NCBI RefSeq assembly: GCF_004010195.1
Contig: NC_057760.1
Span: 1,568,963 to 1,610,229 of the forward strand
From: Chiloscyllium plagiosum
Lineage: Eukaryota
DNA: 41,267 bases
Reading direction: 5' to 3'
This document shows, piece by piece, positions 1-12,590 of the stretch. How positions within the stretch are numbered: the first letter of the stretch is position 1; each line of letters opens with the position of its first letter. Made by a program: the position numbers and the translations under genes. The notes under the pieces were generated by a model. It was not told the origin of the DNA and did not search any database. It saw only the letters and a program-made list of their open reading frames with translations.

Positions 1-529
1 GTGTTAATCTGGCTTTGTCAGGTGTAGTCTGTAAAGTTTAGGATGAGTCAGGAATGATATGTTGTGTGTGATAGTTGTTCACAACTTAAAGGTCCTTTTA
101 TTTTTGGTGAGTGACTACGCCTTCAGTTGCCTCAACGTTAAACTCTGGAATTTGCTTAGTTACAACCAAGTGAGGAGGGTTGAATCAGCTCCTTTGTTTT
201 TTCACCGCTCTCATTCAGTTGTAATAAATATTGAAAATACTTTTTAATATTCAGCTGTCTCATGTCAATTAAAATGTAGTAGTGGTGAAAATGAAGGGAC
301 AAGTTTTGCTTGAGTGGGATAAAGAGGAATTACTAACTCCAAGATAACTAATAAACTACAACATCAAATACACATTTAAAGTGGGAGTGTCTAAAAGAAA
401 GATAAGGATTGTAAAATTTTAAAAGTTCTAAAATAGTCATTAAGTGTTAGAGTTGAACCTGAGACCACAGCTTTTTGGCTGATTCTCTGCAGGACCACGT
501 TTGCAGAATCCTTGAGTTCTCGCTCAACA

Positions 530-727
530 AAGACAAAATACTGTGGATGCTGGAAATCTGAAACAAAAGCAAAGAATGTGGGAGAAACTCAGTAAGTCTG
601 GTGCCATCTATAGAGAGAGAAACGGAAGTTAACTTTTCTAAAGAAGAACCATATCAGAGTCAAAGCATTAACTTATGTTTCTCTCTCCACTGATGCTGTC
701 AGACCTCCTGAATTTCTCCGCATTCTC
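530..727. mobile_element. Degenerate fold-back Penelope-derived element
   Basis: Arms gaatgtgggagaaactcagtaagtctgg...agagagagaaac and gtttctctctccactgatgctgtcagacctcctgaatttctccgcattc are imperfect reverse complements; shares the ctgtggatgctggaaatctgaaac start with 40140-40353. Confidence 0.6.
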
Positions 728-975
728 TATGATGGTTCATTGGTTGTTGCTAACTTTTTGACAGATTGAGAAAGAAATGTGGTGTTGAGAGAGAGAGAGT
801 TTTTCAGTCTTCGCTGTTACCCAATCCATGTTCTCTTGCCCAAAAGCTGTTTACATGAAATCTAATTTACTTGTGCATCTCCAGGTCTCTCCCAGCTGTG
901 TTATCCCTAGACGTCTCTCACCCTAGTATATGGAACTTCCAGAAGGGTGTTGTTCGGATGTCAGGAACTGGAGCG

Positions 976-1028
976 CTGTGTCTGTGTCTGTGTCTGTGTC
1001 TGTGTCTGTGTCTGTGTCTGTGTCTGTG
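976..1028 (+). repeat. (TGTGTC)n microsatellite
   Basis: About 8 perfect hexamer copies. Confidence 0.95.
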
Positions 1029-1214
1029 TGGTGGGGGTGATTAGGTTTCAGTGCCTTTTGACAAATTGTTAATTTTAGCTCAGACTATGCCACTGGTTTC
1101 GTGAGCTTGGTTCAACCTGGTCAGGAGATCATGGTGCCCATCTTAAGTCCCTGCTTCTTCCTTTGTGAAGCCATTTTCGTTCATGATGACCTTGGAACAT
1201 TAAAATCAGACTAG

Positions 1215-1492
1215 ATTCATAGAGTCCCTTTGGAAACAGACCCTTCGGCCCAACCAGTCCATGCTGAACATAATTCCAAACCAAACTAGTCCCACACCTG
1301 CCTGGTCCCAGCCCATATCCCTCCACACCCTTCCCATTCATGTACTTACCTAAGTGTCTGTTAAATGTTGCAACTGTGCCTGCATTCCTCAGGATGTTCA
1401 TTTCACAAGTGAACCACCCTCTATGTAAAAGATTTGCCCCTCATGTCTTTTTAAAATCTCTCTCCTCTCACCTTAAAAATATGCCCCCTAGT
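1215..1492 (-). mobile_element. CR1/HER1-type LINE 3' fragment
   Basis: Reverse complement of the LINE 3' end (ttcatagag...gaaacagacccttcggcccaac...cccatatccctc), same family as 30177-31160. Confidence 0.8.
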
Positions 1493-2479
1493 CTCGACAA
1501 TGGAAGTTGAATGCTGGTAGTCCACCCGTTGTGACAGCTCAATAAACCGCTCTACCTCTCCCTCTCCTTTTAAAATTGCCCTGAGTTTCTGGTTACCAAA
1601 CCCTAACATCTCCTTGCATGATCAAACCTTATCAATGTGCAACTGAAGCCCTTAAAGAGGCTCACGATGTCAAAGGTGCTCTATAAATGTAAGTTGCTGT
1701 TGTGTGGGGCGCTTGTTTTTTTTTCAGCTGGAGTGTGCTTGTGCCCACTTCTTGATATAAAATAAACGTTATTTTTAAAGCTTCATTCTTTTTGGATACG
1801 GGTGTCGCTGGCAAGGCCAGCATTTGTTGCCGATCCCCGATAGAGAAGGTGGTGATGAAAAGTGAAAAATGACATTCTGTGCCCGCTCTTGGCAACTTGT
1901 GATATAGGGTCTTCCCAGTCAAGTTGCAGATACTTTTTAGTATTAGATTTTATTGTCAAGTGCACACAAGTAGAGGAATACAGACTGGAGTGCAGTGAAA
2001 AGTGGACAAAGTCACCATTCTCCAGTGTCATCTTGGCTCCACACTTGATTGCAAAACTGGAATTTTTTTTTAAAAACCTGCAGAGGTAAAGAAAACAAAG
2101 CCGAAAGGAATGAGAGATGCCCAGTTAGCAGAGTCCTCTTTAAGTCTTTTCTCCATGCGGGCACCGGGGCCAAGCCACAGCCTGGAATCTCGACAGGAGC
2201 AGTCAATGTGATTAAAACTGGTATCTCCTTTTCCCTCCTACCCCCTACCCACTGTTCATGCAAAAGATGATTTGACTTTGCGACCGAGGCAAGCTGCAAT
2301 TGTGAAATCTAGACTTGGGAAATGTAATGAGAACTATTCAGTTATGAGGTAGAAATAGAATACACTGGAACTGCATGCAGCTGCTACTTCTGTGCCTGAG
2401 GGGTTGGGTAAATTAGCTTCATACCTGGAGAAGCAAACAGGCACAATTTCTCCAATTGGCCAAGAATCCTGTGAGATTT

Positions 2480-2830
2480 CTATAAGATACAGGAGCAGAA
2501 TTAGATCATTCAGCCCATCAAGACTTTGTCAATTGGTTGTGCTGATATGTTTCTTGACCCCATTCTCCTGCCTTCTCCCCATAACCCTTGATCTCCTCAG
2601 CAGTCAAGGACCTATCTTTCTCTGTCTTTAATGCATTCAGTCACTTGATCTTCACTGCCCCTCTCTGGCAATGAGTTCTACAGATTCACCACCCCTCTGA
2701 CTGAAGAAATTCCTTCTCATCTCCATTCTAAAGGGTCGTCCCTTTAACTTGAGGCTGTGCCTCAAGTCCTAATCTCTTGTGGTGAAAACGTCTTCTCCAA
2801 GTCCACTCTATCTAGGCTTCTCAGTATTCT
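2480..2830 (-). mobile_element. CR1-type LINE 3' fragment
   Basis: aggagcagaattag..cattcagcccatc tail and agattcaccacccctctgactgaagaaattcc (reverse complement of the FF.QRVV.LWN region). Confidence 0.7.
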
Positions 2831-3669
2831 GTAAGTTTCAATCTCAATTCAGTTGTAGCTTGGTTCTAAGAGGAGAGTCAATGCAGGACAGAATGAGGCC
2901 ATTCTGCTCATCATTCTCCCCAGCCCCACCACGTCTTAGCCCTGAGGGCCCGTCTGATTTCCTTTAGAGACTTTTTAATCGTCTGCAATCACCACCTCAT
3001 GGTTACCATTCGAGTAAAAAAAAAATTAAGTTTTTCCTTATATATCCCCAGCCGCACAAACTCCAGTCTCTCGCCAAGAGCTGCAGAAGTTGCTAAACAT
3101 GAGAACAGGCTTTTCCAGTGTCGCGGAATGGGAATTCTGTCCTTGAATGTTCTCCACAATTTCGATGCAGAACTTGCCATGCTCAGGTGATGTTAAGGAT
3201 GGAGTTGGACTTGGGTCTGTTCATCTCCCCCTCCCCCCAGCCTAACTGTTGGAGACCATCCCCTCCCTCAGCCTTGCTACTGCTGCCACCACCTCTTGAG
3301 TAGAAATGAACTTCTGACATCCTCATCTGATCCTTTAGTTGTCTCCCTTTAATTTGCCTCCCCTGTTTTGGTGTTCCACTCTCTAAAGTGGCCCCTCTGT
3401 TATTAAAGAATCTAAAATGCATGTTGTTGATACTGCTGCTTCAGCTAAGTTTGCACCATCAAAGCTGATCCGATTCCGGGAGGCTCTCGTCTCGGCTTTA
3501 TTTTTCCTGCGTTCGGAATCTGCTGTCTCTCCCTTTCATCATGTATAATTGCAGGGCAGAGCTTTTGTTGTGGGGTTTAATTCGGTGGCTGTTGTGTTTA
3601 ATCACCAGCTATTTACCGCCGCTGCCATGATGCACTTTAATGAGAAGCAGGAATGATCTTTCGCCCATT

Positions 3670-3930
3670 TCGAAAGCACCTTGTGTGACTGTGTGACAGC
3701 TGCAGAGCGGTTTGGGGTGGTGCATTGCTCTTTGAAGTGTGGTTACTGTTGTAATGCAGGAAACACGGCTGTCAATTTGCACACAGCAAACTCCCACAAG
3801 TGAGGCCAAGCTGATGACCCAAGCCATGACCCCACCAACACTTCTTCCAATAACGGCAATGGGATCTACTGCGTCTGCCGGAGAGGGACAGGTGGAGGTC
3901 TTTGGTTTAACGGCACACACTGAAAAGTGA
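3670..3930 (-). mobile_element. Deu-domain SINE (SacSINE1/AmnSINE-like) fragment
   Basis: gttgtaatgcaggaaacacggctgtcaatttgcacacagcaaactcccaca is the reverse complement of the conserved Deu-domain core; related copy at 9265-9640. Confidence 0.6.
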
Positions 3931-4077
3931 TTGCGCAGTGGGCCGGAGAGGTGGGAGATCCACCCTGACTCTCTCCCTAATCACCGTTGTGTGGGCATAC
4001 GTGTTTGTGAGAATGTCGGGTTTATGACTGGCCTGTGACATTGTCTACAGTCAGAGGGATTGGCATGATTATTAGCA

Positions 4078-4172
4078 GCTGAAAATGTGTTGCTGGAAAA
4101 GCGCAGCAGGTCAGGCAGCATCCAGGGAACAGGAGAATCGACGTTTCGGGCATAAGCCCTTCTTCAGGAGTC
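4078..4172 (-). mobile_element. Penelope-type terminal fragment carrying a minimal hammerhead core
   Basis: Minus strand reads gactc-CTGAAGA-a-GGGC-ttat-GCCC-GAAA-CGTC-gattc; the same family occurs at 8468-8625 and 12395-12590. Confidence 0.7.
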
Positions 4173-4499
4173 ATTAGGGACATTTAAGCTGGACATGCAC
4201 ATGGATAGCAGTGAGTTGAGGGGCGCTTAGGTTAAGTTATTATATTTTACATTAGGATTAAACCTCGGCACAACATCATGAACCAAGGGGCCTGTTCTGT
4301 GCTGTACTTTTCTCTGTTCTATGATTTGCTGTTCACAAGTTGCAGGTAGAATGCGCTGTTACAATTGTTACTGGAGAATTGATGCTGATCACAGGGTGGA
4401 ATGATGCAATTGGTAGAGCTAACCAAATTGTCTCATTCCATCCCCTGTGCCCTCATGCTTTCCCCTGTAGCTTCTTGAATATTTCCCCATCAAGTATTG

Positions 4500-5480
4500 T
4501 AGAGTCATAGTGATATACAGCACAGAAACAGACCCTTCAGTCCAACTTGCTCATGCAGATCAGATGTCCTAAATTAATCGAGTCACATTTGCCAAATTTG
4601 ACCCATCTCCCTCTAAACTCTTCCTATTCATGTCCCTATCCAGATGCCTTTTAAAAGCTTTAATTGTACTCACTTCTACCATTTCCTCTGGCAGCTCGTT
4701 GCATACACACGCCAGCCTCTGTGCAAAGGTTGTCCTTCAGGTCTGATTAGATTCCCTACAGTATGGGAACAGGCCCTTCAGCCCAACAAGTCCATACCAA
4801 TCCTCCCAAGAGTAACTTAACTCCCAAGAGTAACCTCCCAAGACTAATGCACCTAACACTATGGGCAATTTAGCATGGCCAATTCACCTGACCTGCACAT
4901 CTTTGGACTATGGGAGGAAACCGGAGCACCCGGAGGAAACCCACACAGACACGGGGAGAATGTGCAAACTCCACACAGACAGTTGCCCGAGGTGGGAATC
5001 GGACCCGAGTCCCTGGTGCTGTGAGGCAGCAGTGCTAACCACTGAGCCACTGTGCCGCTCTTAAATCTTACCCCTCTCATCGTAAACCCATGTCCTCTAC
5101 TTTTGGACTCCCCTACTCTCGGTAAAAGAATGGCCATTCACCTGATACATGTCACTCAGTAGTTTATAAACCACAGCCTCCTACACTTTAGGGGAAAGAA
5201 AACCTCAGTCTCTCCTTGTAACATAAACCCTCTAATCTTAGTAAGATCCTTGTAAGTCTTTATTGCTCCCTTTCAGATAAATAACATTCTTCCTATTAGC
5301 AGGGCGCCCAGAATTGTATGTAGTATTCCAAACGTAGCCCCACCAACATCCTGGGAAGCTATAACATGACTTCCCAACTCCTGTTTTCAGTGCTCTGACC
5401 AATGAAGGCAAATGCCAAATGCCTTCTCTACCACCGTGCCACTTTCAAGGAACTATATACCTGCACCCCGAGGTGTCTCT
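4500..5480 (-). mobile_element. CR1/HER1-type LINE fragment interrupted by a SINE
   Basis: LINE sequence runs 4500-4744 (...gttgtccttcaggtct) and resumes at ~5058 (ctcttaaatcttacccctctc...). Confidence 0.8.
4745..5058 (-). mobile_element. HE1-type tRNA-derived V-SINE, near full length, nested in a LINE
   Basis: Minus strand: gcggcacagtggctcagtggttagc (A box) ... tctgtgtggagtttgcacattctccccgtgtctg V-domain ... gggcctgttcccatactgtagggaatctaatc tail. Confidence 0.9.
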
Positions 5481-5543
5481 TGGGGTGCAGATTTGGGCAG
5501 TGCAGTAGCACTGTGGTAATGTCACTAGACTAGTAATCCCAGA

Positions 5544-5676
5544 ATCCTGATAAAAGATTCCGACCTGAAATGTTGATCCTCTCCTCCTCCTCTGATGCTG
5601 CCTGAACTGTTCTGCTTCCGACAGCTCCACTCCTTATCCACTCTGACTCTCCGGAATCTGCTGTTCTCACTATCTC
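5544..5676 (+). mobile_element. Penelope-derived insert with 14-bp target-site duplication, inside a SINE
   Basis: ctagtaatcccaga at 5530-5543 and 5677-5690; the insert begins with a decayed hammerhead-like cctgataaaag...gaaatgttg. Confidence 0.7.
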
Positions 5677-6999
5677 CTAGTAATCCCAGAGTCCCAGGTT
5701 AGTATTCCAGGGACATGGGTTCAAATGCACATTAGCACATGGACTCAGCGGATCAAGAGGGTAGCTCCCCCTCTCAAGGGCAACTCGGGGCGTGCTGGCC
5801 AAGCCAATGATGCCCACGAGTGAATTTTAAAAATTCCACTCGAGCAGATGGCAAACTTTGCATCCCATAAAATCCAGAATAAAATGGTTCCTAATGCAAC
5901 CTTGTTAAAGTTGATCAGTTCACCAACAGTGAAGAAAATCTGCCCTCCTTACCCGGGTCTGGACCTACACCTCACTGCAGGGCTGGGGCTCTGCTCTTCA
6001 CTCACCTTCGAAATGGCCCCTAGTGAGGCGTTCAGTTGCGGGGGGGGGCATTCAAGAATGGACAACAAACAACAGCCTGGCCAACTTGGTCCGTATCCCA
6101 TGGAAGAATTTTAAAAAGTGAAGCAAATCACAGACACAAACACCTATTTATAAAAACAATGAGGAAAACTGAAAGGAGCTGGAAGATTCAGTTGCTGATT
6201 TAAAACTCTGACAGAAATTGTAAACTTTGAAATAAGTAGTGAGACTTTGCTTTGCCTTGTGGCTTTCTTAATTACTTTTCTTCTTTTTTATTTGTCAGTC
6301 TCGATACCTTTTCTCTCTTTGTAAGTATCACTTTCTCTTTGTTCTGCTCTCTCAATGTCACTGCGCTGTTGTTTGATCTTGGGGGAGCCACAGTTGCGGG
6401 TTGTTTGAAGGGGGCAATAGATGTTCTGTAACCAATCTGTCCAGGGTTATCATCACATACCTCTTGAGCAAATAGCAGTTGAACCTGGGCCTCCTGGCTC
6501 CCAGGTAGGGACACTACCACTGCACCACGAGAAGGGCTATATGCTGCTTGCTAGCTGAGGGATTATCCAAGGTTTTGAGCCAGGGTCAGCACTGGTTCTA
6601 ATAACAATGAGGCCTGACTGAACTGACGTTTGAAGGACAGCAAAATTAGTGTCATAGTTAACCTCAGGGTCACTCTGCTTTCTCTGCACGGATGCTGCCA
6701 GACCTGATAAGTTTCACCAGCAATTTCAGTTTTTGTTCGAGGTTTCAGGCATCTGCAGTTCTTTATTTTTGTGAAATTAGGGTGTTTGGCAAAGACCTTG
6801 AGCAGTGCAATTGGGCAGTTTAATCAGGTCATGTGTTCCAATGCTACAGCAGCTGACTGCAGTAGCCACGTCCACCTGGTCACATAGTCTTAGTCTCTTT
6901 ATTGGACTTCAGCCGAGGTCTGTTTTGTCCCAGTGTTCCCCTTCCTCCCCTTCCCCCCCCCTCCACCGCCATCACTACTCCCAACCAAGACTGGGAGGA

Positions 7000-7430
7000 A
7001 CAGTGCCGAGGGAGCACGGCAATATGGGAGGGTCAGTACTGAAGGAGCACCGCACTCTGGGAGCATCAGTGCTGAGGGTGCCCTGCACTGTTGGATGTTC
7101 AGTGTTAGGGGACTGCCACACTCTCCAAAGGTCAGTACTGAACAAGTGTTGTACTATCAGAGTATCAGTGCTAAGGGAGCACCGCCGTGTCAAAGGGTCA
7201 GTATTGAGGGAGCATGCATGTCAGGGTCAGTGCTAAAGGAGCACCATCCTGTTGGCAGGTCGATGTTGAGGGAGCATCTTAGTGTCTGGCTGTCAGTGTT
7301 GAATGAGCATCGCAGTGTCCGAGCGTCACACTGTTCGAGGGTCACTATTGAGACAGTGTTGCATTGTCCCAGGGCCAGTGCTCAGGGGCACCTCACTCTG
7401 GGAAGGTCAGCAATGAGGCACAACCGCTCA
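7000..7430 (+). repeat. Degenerate 33-bp satellite (cagtgctgagggagcaccgcactgtcagagggt), about 13 copies
   Basis: cagt-c/a-ctga motif recurs at 7001, 7034, 7067, 7100, 7133, 7166, 7199; reverse-complement remnant at 11330-11412. Confidence 0.85.
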
Positions 7431-7504
7431 ATCAGAGTAAAACTTAATCATGTGTGGCCTTGGAAGTGGATTCATCAGGAACTTCCAAAAGAGAACTGGA
7501 GAAG

Positions 7505-7830
7505 TACAGACGTTTATAAAATCATGAGGGGCATGGATAGGGTGAATAGCCAAGGTCTTTTCCCCAGGTTAAGGGAGTCCAAAACTAGAGGGCATAGGTT
7601 TAAGGGGAGAGGGGAAAGATTTAAAAGGAAGCTGAGGGGCAACTTTTTCACGCAGAGGGTGGTGCGTGTATGGAACAAGCTGTCAGAGGAACTGGTGGAG
7701 GCTGGTACAATTGCAACACTTAAAAGGCATTTGGACTGAAATGTGGATGGGAAAGGTTTCGAGGGATATGGGCAAATGGGACTAGTTCAGTTTAGGAAAC
7801 ATGGACAAGTTGGGCCGAAGGATCTCATTC
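7505..7830 (+). mobile_element. CR1/HER1-type LINE 3' fragment
   Basis: Encodes VYKIMRGMDRVNSQGLFP...TRGHRFK...LRGNFFTQRVVRVWNKL, the CR1 ORF2 C-terminus. Confidence 0.9.
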
Positions 7831-7869
7831 TGTGGTGTAAGTCTTCACTCTGTAAAATCTCTCATAAGC

Positions 7870-8063
7870 AACAGGTCGGTAAAAGCCCAGTTTCTGTTGC
7901 AGATCATCATCCAGTGACCTGCTGCCTGCAGAAGCTGTTTCAAACAACTCTGGCCACTATATGTCAACATTAGACGGGGACAGCTATGAGCAGCATTTTC
8001 AACTCAGGCAGCTGGTCACTGGATGATAATCTGCAGCAGGAACTGGGCTATTACCAACCTGTT
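7870..8063. repeat. Inverted repeat / MITE-like hairpin with 59-bp arms
   Basis: 7870-7928 and 8005-8063 are reverse complements with 6 mismatches. Confidence 0.85.
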
Positions 8064-8467
8064 TCTGCAAAACACGCTTGGTGTGAGACATGTCCAGACC
8101 ACAGTGTGAGTGAATCAGTTTAATACAGAACAAACCAGGAATTGAATCCAAGTGTTTTTATTCCCCTTCGTCACAGTGCACTAAACCATAGTACCACCTT
8201 TCTTTATTGGAGATGCACCTGGAGTATTGTGTGTAGTCAGCCAAAATGTTGGGGAGTTGTATTCTGTGTTGATGAAATGTTTAAAAAAAAATCTGTATGC
8301 TGTTTTAATCAACAAGTGTTAAAAGAAGCCGGTGATTTGATCTGGTTTCTATCAGTGAGGTGTAAGTATCGGAAGCTGTGCTATGAGTGTTTCACAGTCA
8401 GGGGCTTCATACACAGAAAGACTTTAGTTTTGTTTCACTATTTATCCTGTGGCTCTGAAGGACTGGG

Positions 8468-8625
8468 AGAAAGTGAGGTCTGCAGATGCTGGAGATCAGA
8501 GCTGAAAAATGTGTTGCTGGAAAAGTGCAGCAGGTCAGGCAGCATCCGAGGAGCAGGAGAATCGACATTTCGGGCATAAGCCCTTCTTCAGGGCTTATGC
8601 CCGGAACATCGATTCTCCTGCTCCT
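8468..8625. mobile_element. Fold-back Penelope-derived element with hammerhead core on the minus strand
   Basis: Hairpin 8549-8625; flanked by aaggactggg (8458-8467) and aagggctggg (8626-8635), a TSD-like pair. Confidence 0.75.
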
Positions 8626-9264
8626 AAGGGCTGGGTACATGTTACATCAGTGGTCTGTGGTGCTTGATATTTACCTAGCTGATGCGATTGAAAGTCTCAA
8701 GACTTTCAAGTTGGTGAGCTTGAGTACTAATTGGCAGAAAAGAATGAGGCAACATCTGTGTATTTCACGTGTTTCTCGGTGTGAGCCGTAGTGCACGGTT
8801 AATTGGGTCAACAGAGCATCCATTTTGCACACGACAAGGTCCCAGAGTCAAAATAATGACTGACGGGTCAATCTCATTTTTATGGTGTTGATTGGTAGAG
8901 TGTAGCCAAGGTACTAGAGATCCTTCACTCCCCTTCCACTCCTATCCCATTCCCTCTCCCTCTCCCTCTCCCTCTCCCTCCCTCCTTCTCTCCCCCCCTT
9001 CCCTCATACCGTTTCATTTCAAGGAACTCTTGTGGTGCAACGCTGCTGCCCCTATCTCTGAGCCAGGAGGCTCAGGTACAAGTCCCACTTGCTCCAGGCA
9101 TGTCTGAGCAGCAGCTCAGTTTTTAAACAAAAAAAGGAAAAGAAATCCATTCTACGTCCATTCCTGTTGAGCAGCTTGGACCTCTGGGCCAAGCCTGCCT
9201 CAACATGAAAACAAGTTTAATCACAGTGGGCATAGCTGCAGAACGGAGGACAAACCGAGCAGCC

Positions 9265-9640
9265 AGGAGTTCCTCAGTGGCAGAGCTCTGTCCTCTGACT
9301 CAGAGATCTTGGCCTGCTCCACAGACCCTAGCATGTGATGGAGGCCTAGTAATGAGAAGTGCCAGGGGTCCGGAAGTGTAGTCTTTCAGGATAAGACATC
9401 AAACTGAGGCCCTCTGGGTCAGTTGGGAAAGATCCCAAGGCAAATGCTGGGAGGTGGGTAGAGGCGGGAAATGTAAGCAATCTCCCCATTGTGCTGGGAT
9501 TCAGTATTAATCCCTCAACCAACATCACATTTTTGTAAGAAAAGAATTCTGGGTCATTGCTCTTTGTGGGATCTTGCCGTGCTCAAATCAGCTGCTGTAT
9601 TTCCTACATTGCAGCCTCTTCAGAAAAAGTGCTTAATTGG
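9265..9640 (+). mobile_element. Deu-domain SINE remnant
   Basis: cattgctctttgtgggatcttgccgtgctcaaatcagctgctgtatttcctacatt core. Confidence 0.55.
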
Positions 9641-9907
9641 GTGAGGGGGTGGTGAGTTTGGGTAGGGAGGTTTGATGCCTGCAGATTATAGGGGAATGCT
9701 GGCGGTCAAAATTTTGTACTTCGGAATTTTAAAAAATTAGCTTACAGGGTGTGAGTGTCGCTGGCTAGGCCAGTATTAACACCCATCTCTAATGGCCAGT
9801 TATGTGTCAACCACACTGCTGTGGATCTAAAATTACATGTAGGCTAGATCTGGACAGCAGATTTCCTTCTCTATTTAGTGAACCAGATGGCTTTATAGAC
9901 GCAGTGT

Positions 9908-10370
9908 TGAGTCATAGAGTCATACAGCACGGAAACAGACCCTTCAGTCCAACTTGTCCCTGTTCACAAGACATCCCAATCTGACCTAGTCCCATTTACC
10001 AGCACTTGGCCCACATCCGTATAAACCCTTCCTATTCATATACCAATCCAGATGCCTTTTAAGTGTTGTAATTGCACTAGCCTCCACCACTTCCTCATTC
10101 CACACAGGCACCAGCCTCTGCGTGAAAAAGTTACTCCTCAGATCCCTTTCAAATCTTTCCCCTTAAACCTGTGCCCTCTAGTTTTATACTCCCCCAACCT
10201 AAGAAAAAGAGTTTGGCTATTCACTTTATCCATGCCCCTCGTGATTTTATAAACCTTTATAAGGTCACCCCTCAGCCTCTGACTCTCCAGGGAAAAGAGT
10301 CCCAGCCTATTGAGCCTCTTCCTATAACTCTAAATCTTCAGTCCTGTTAACATCCTTGTAAAGCTTTTGT
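9908..10370 (-). mobile_element. CR1/HER1-type LINE 3' fragment
   Basis: agtcatagagtcatacagcacggaaacagacccttcag tail followed by the reverse complement of the ORF2 end. Confidence 0.88.
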
Positions 10371-11035
10371 CTACTTGCTTAACACCCTTCCAAAATGTCC
10401 TTTTACGACAATCGCCGGTGATCATCCTTTAATTTTCAGGTGTTTACTAAATTCAAATATTGCTATCTGCTGTGCTGGGATTCGAACCTGTGTCCCCAGA
10501 ACATTAGCCTCGGCTCCGGAATGCTGATCTTGCAACATTACCACTACGCCTTGTTTGATTATCAAACAAAAACACCGAAGTTTGACATTAAGCATGAGGA
10601 TGCAGGAGGGAGGGAGGAAAGGCGATAGCATCAAAAGAGGGTAGATATATCAATATTTTCCAATCCATACTGCATGGTGGATAAGTCTTTACCGGAATTG
10701 CAGCTGTCGCAATAAAGTTCGCTGCCCCCACATTGAGCTGTTTATCAATCAGTTCTCCCAGTGGAGCACGTTTTCCTAGTTCCCAGAAAAGCACAATGCA
10801 TTGCTGAGTGATAATTGCTGAAGTAAAACTTCAGTCGAGCACCTCCAGCTCACCCACTACTGAAACGAAGTCGAGTGTTTGAGATATTTTAAAGGTCAGG
10901 TATTGATTTGAGTGGATCACAGCTGAATTGCAGAGTGCTAGGACTTGCGGTGGACTCAGGGGAAACAAAACCACTCTCTTCAACTGCAAGTTCCAAGTTT
11001 TTGTTCGGTGCTCACCACACGACTCATGTTTAAGC

Positions 11036-11116
11036 TTAAAAATAACACAACGCCAGGTTATAGTCCAACATGATTTTTAACTTTGTACACCCCAGTCCAA
11101 CACCGGCATCTCCAAA
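11036..11116. mobile_element. Short internally deleted Penelope-type remnant with 12-bp flanking direct repeat
   Basis: tcatgtttaagc at 11024-11035 and 11117-11128 flanks aaaataacacaacgccaggttatagtccaac...cccagtccaacaccggcatctccaaa. Confidence 0.5.
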
Positions 11117-12394
11117 TCATGTTTAAGCGAACCTTGGTGTGATGTGTGGGTCTGAGAGGGGAAGCGTGGAGTAAATACTTTCCACATAAGGAAGGTCGAG
11201 AAGAGAAACTCACCAGGAAGCCTCAAGGTTTAACTAGGGAAAGGCATTTGTGTAGCACCTTTTGCCAGGTCAGCAAATGAAGTGCAGTTCCTGTTGAAAT
11301 GTATGAAACGTGGCAACTGATGGGTGCACAGCACTGACCCTCCAACAGTGTGGTGGTGCTCCCTCAGATTTTCAGAGCTGAACCTCTGACCATGTGGTGC
11401 TCCCTCAGCGCTGGTCCTATAAGTATTGGCCTGGATTAAGAGCTTAATTCCTGGAATGGGACTGGGACTCAGAACCTTCTGACAGTGAGAGGAGGCTATG
11501 ACCCTCTGAGTAATGACTAACACTGCAACCTAAAAGGACCAGGCAAGCAGGCACACAGGAATACTGCTGCCTTCCAGTTCACCTCTGAACCGTGCAGAAT
11601 CCTGACTTAGAACTCTGTCAGTCATTCCATCTGTGTCACTGTATCAAAGTCTCTGTGCAGTTCTCTGTGCGTCTTACACTACACAGACTGCAGCAGTTCA
11701 GAAAGACACCTTGCCACCACCTTTTCAAGGGGCAATTAGTCTGGGCAGGATTTGCCAAGAGGCATCCCACATTATGAATTATACACCACATTACCATGAG
11801 TGCGACAAAGTGCAAATTGGCTTTTCAGCTGGAGACCATTCCAAAAATATGAAGGTCACTCTAACCCTCCCTCTTTGTTCGCCCACAGGATTCCTGAACC
11901 TTTCCTGATATGGTGTTAGAATTCTGTAACACAACCTGTGGGCCCTAATGCCTGAGCCGTGTTACTGAAAGAGTTGTCCCATTAGTCCCAGTGCCCCATG
12001 TTCTTGCCATCAGTGTCTCTTGCATGAAATACAAACATTTCCTTCTCCTATGGTCAAGAACTCACTTTTGGAAGTCACCGTGTCCCCTTTGCACTAACTT
12101 ATCCAACCATAGCATGCTAACGCGCTAAATGTATTTACCACAATCCCATTTGTTTGGGCATCCAGTTATTGCACCTCTGGGATTTTTCCGACTCCAGGAG
12201 GGAAGTACAGTGGATGCCTGAAATGAAAGTAAGAGGGGCTGCAGATATCTGTGTTGAAAGAGAGAAGAGCAAGTTAACGTGGGGAGATGATGACCTAATG
12301 TATTATTTATTGGCTATTAATCCAAAGGCCCAGGAAATGATCTGGGGACTGGATTTGCACCCCATCAAGTCAGCTGGTCGAATTTGGAGAAAGC

Positions 12395-12590
12395 GAGAAC
12401 TGCAGATGCTAGAGATCAGAGTCAAGAGTGTGGCGCTGGAAAAGCACAGCAGGACAGGCAGCATCCAGGGAGCAGGAGAATAGACGTTTCGGGCATAAGC
12501 CCGTTATCAGGAGGGGTTATGCCTGGAACGTCGCTTCTCTTGCTCCCCGGATGCTGCCTGACCTGCGGTGCTTTACCAGCCCCACACTCG
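12395..12590. mobile_element. Fold-back Penelope-derived element inside a tRNA-SINE
   Basis: Arms 12426-12502 and 12513-12589 are reverse-complementary; the host SINE resumes at ~12596 (cagatggtggaatttgaattcag). Confidence 0.75.

Noticed and set aside
3052..3186. Possible 135-nt upstream ZBTB7B exon (cccAG ... CAG|gtgatg)
   Set aside because: Weak donor, no recognisable homology and no ATG in frame with ZBTB7B; cannot be supported.
4990..5058. tRNA genes (also 21500-21570, 33108-33185, 39820-39880)
   Set aside because: These are tRNA-derived SINE heads attached to SINE bodies or other repeat fragments, without a complete cloverleaf.
6933..7739. 268-aa ORF
   Set aside because: Chance fusion of a 33-bp satellite and a CR1 ORF2 fragment.
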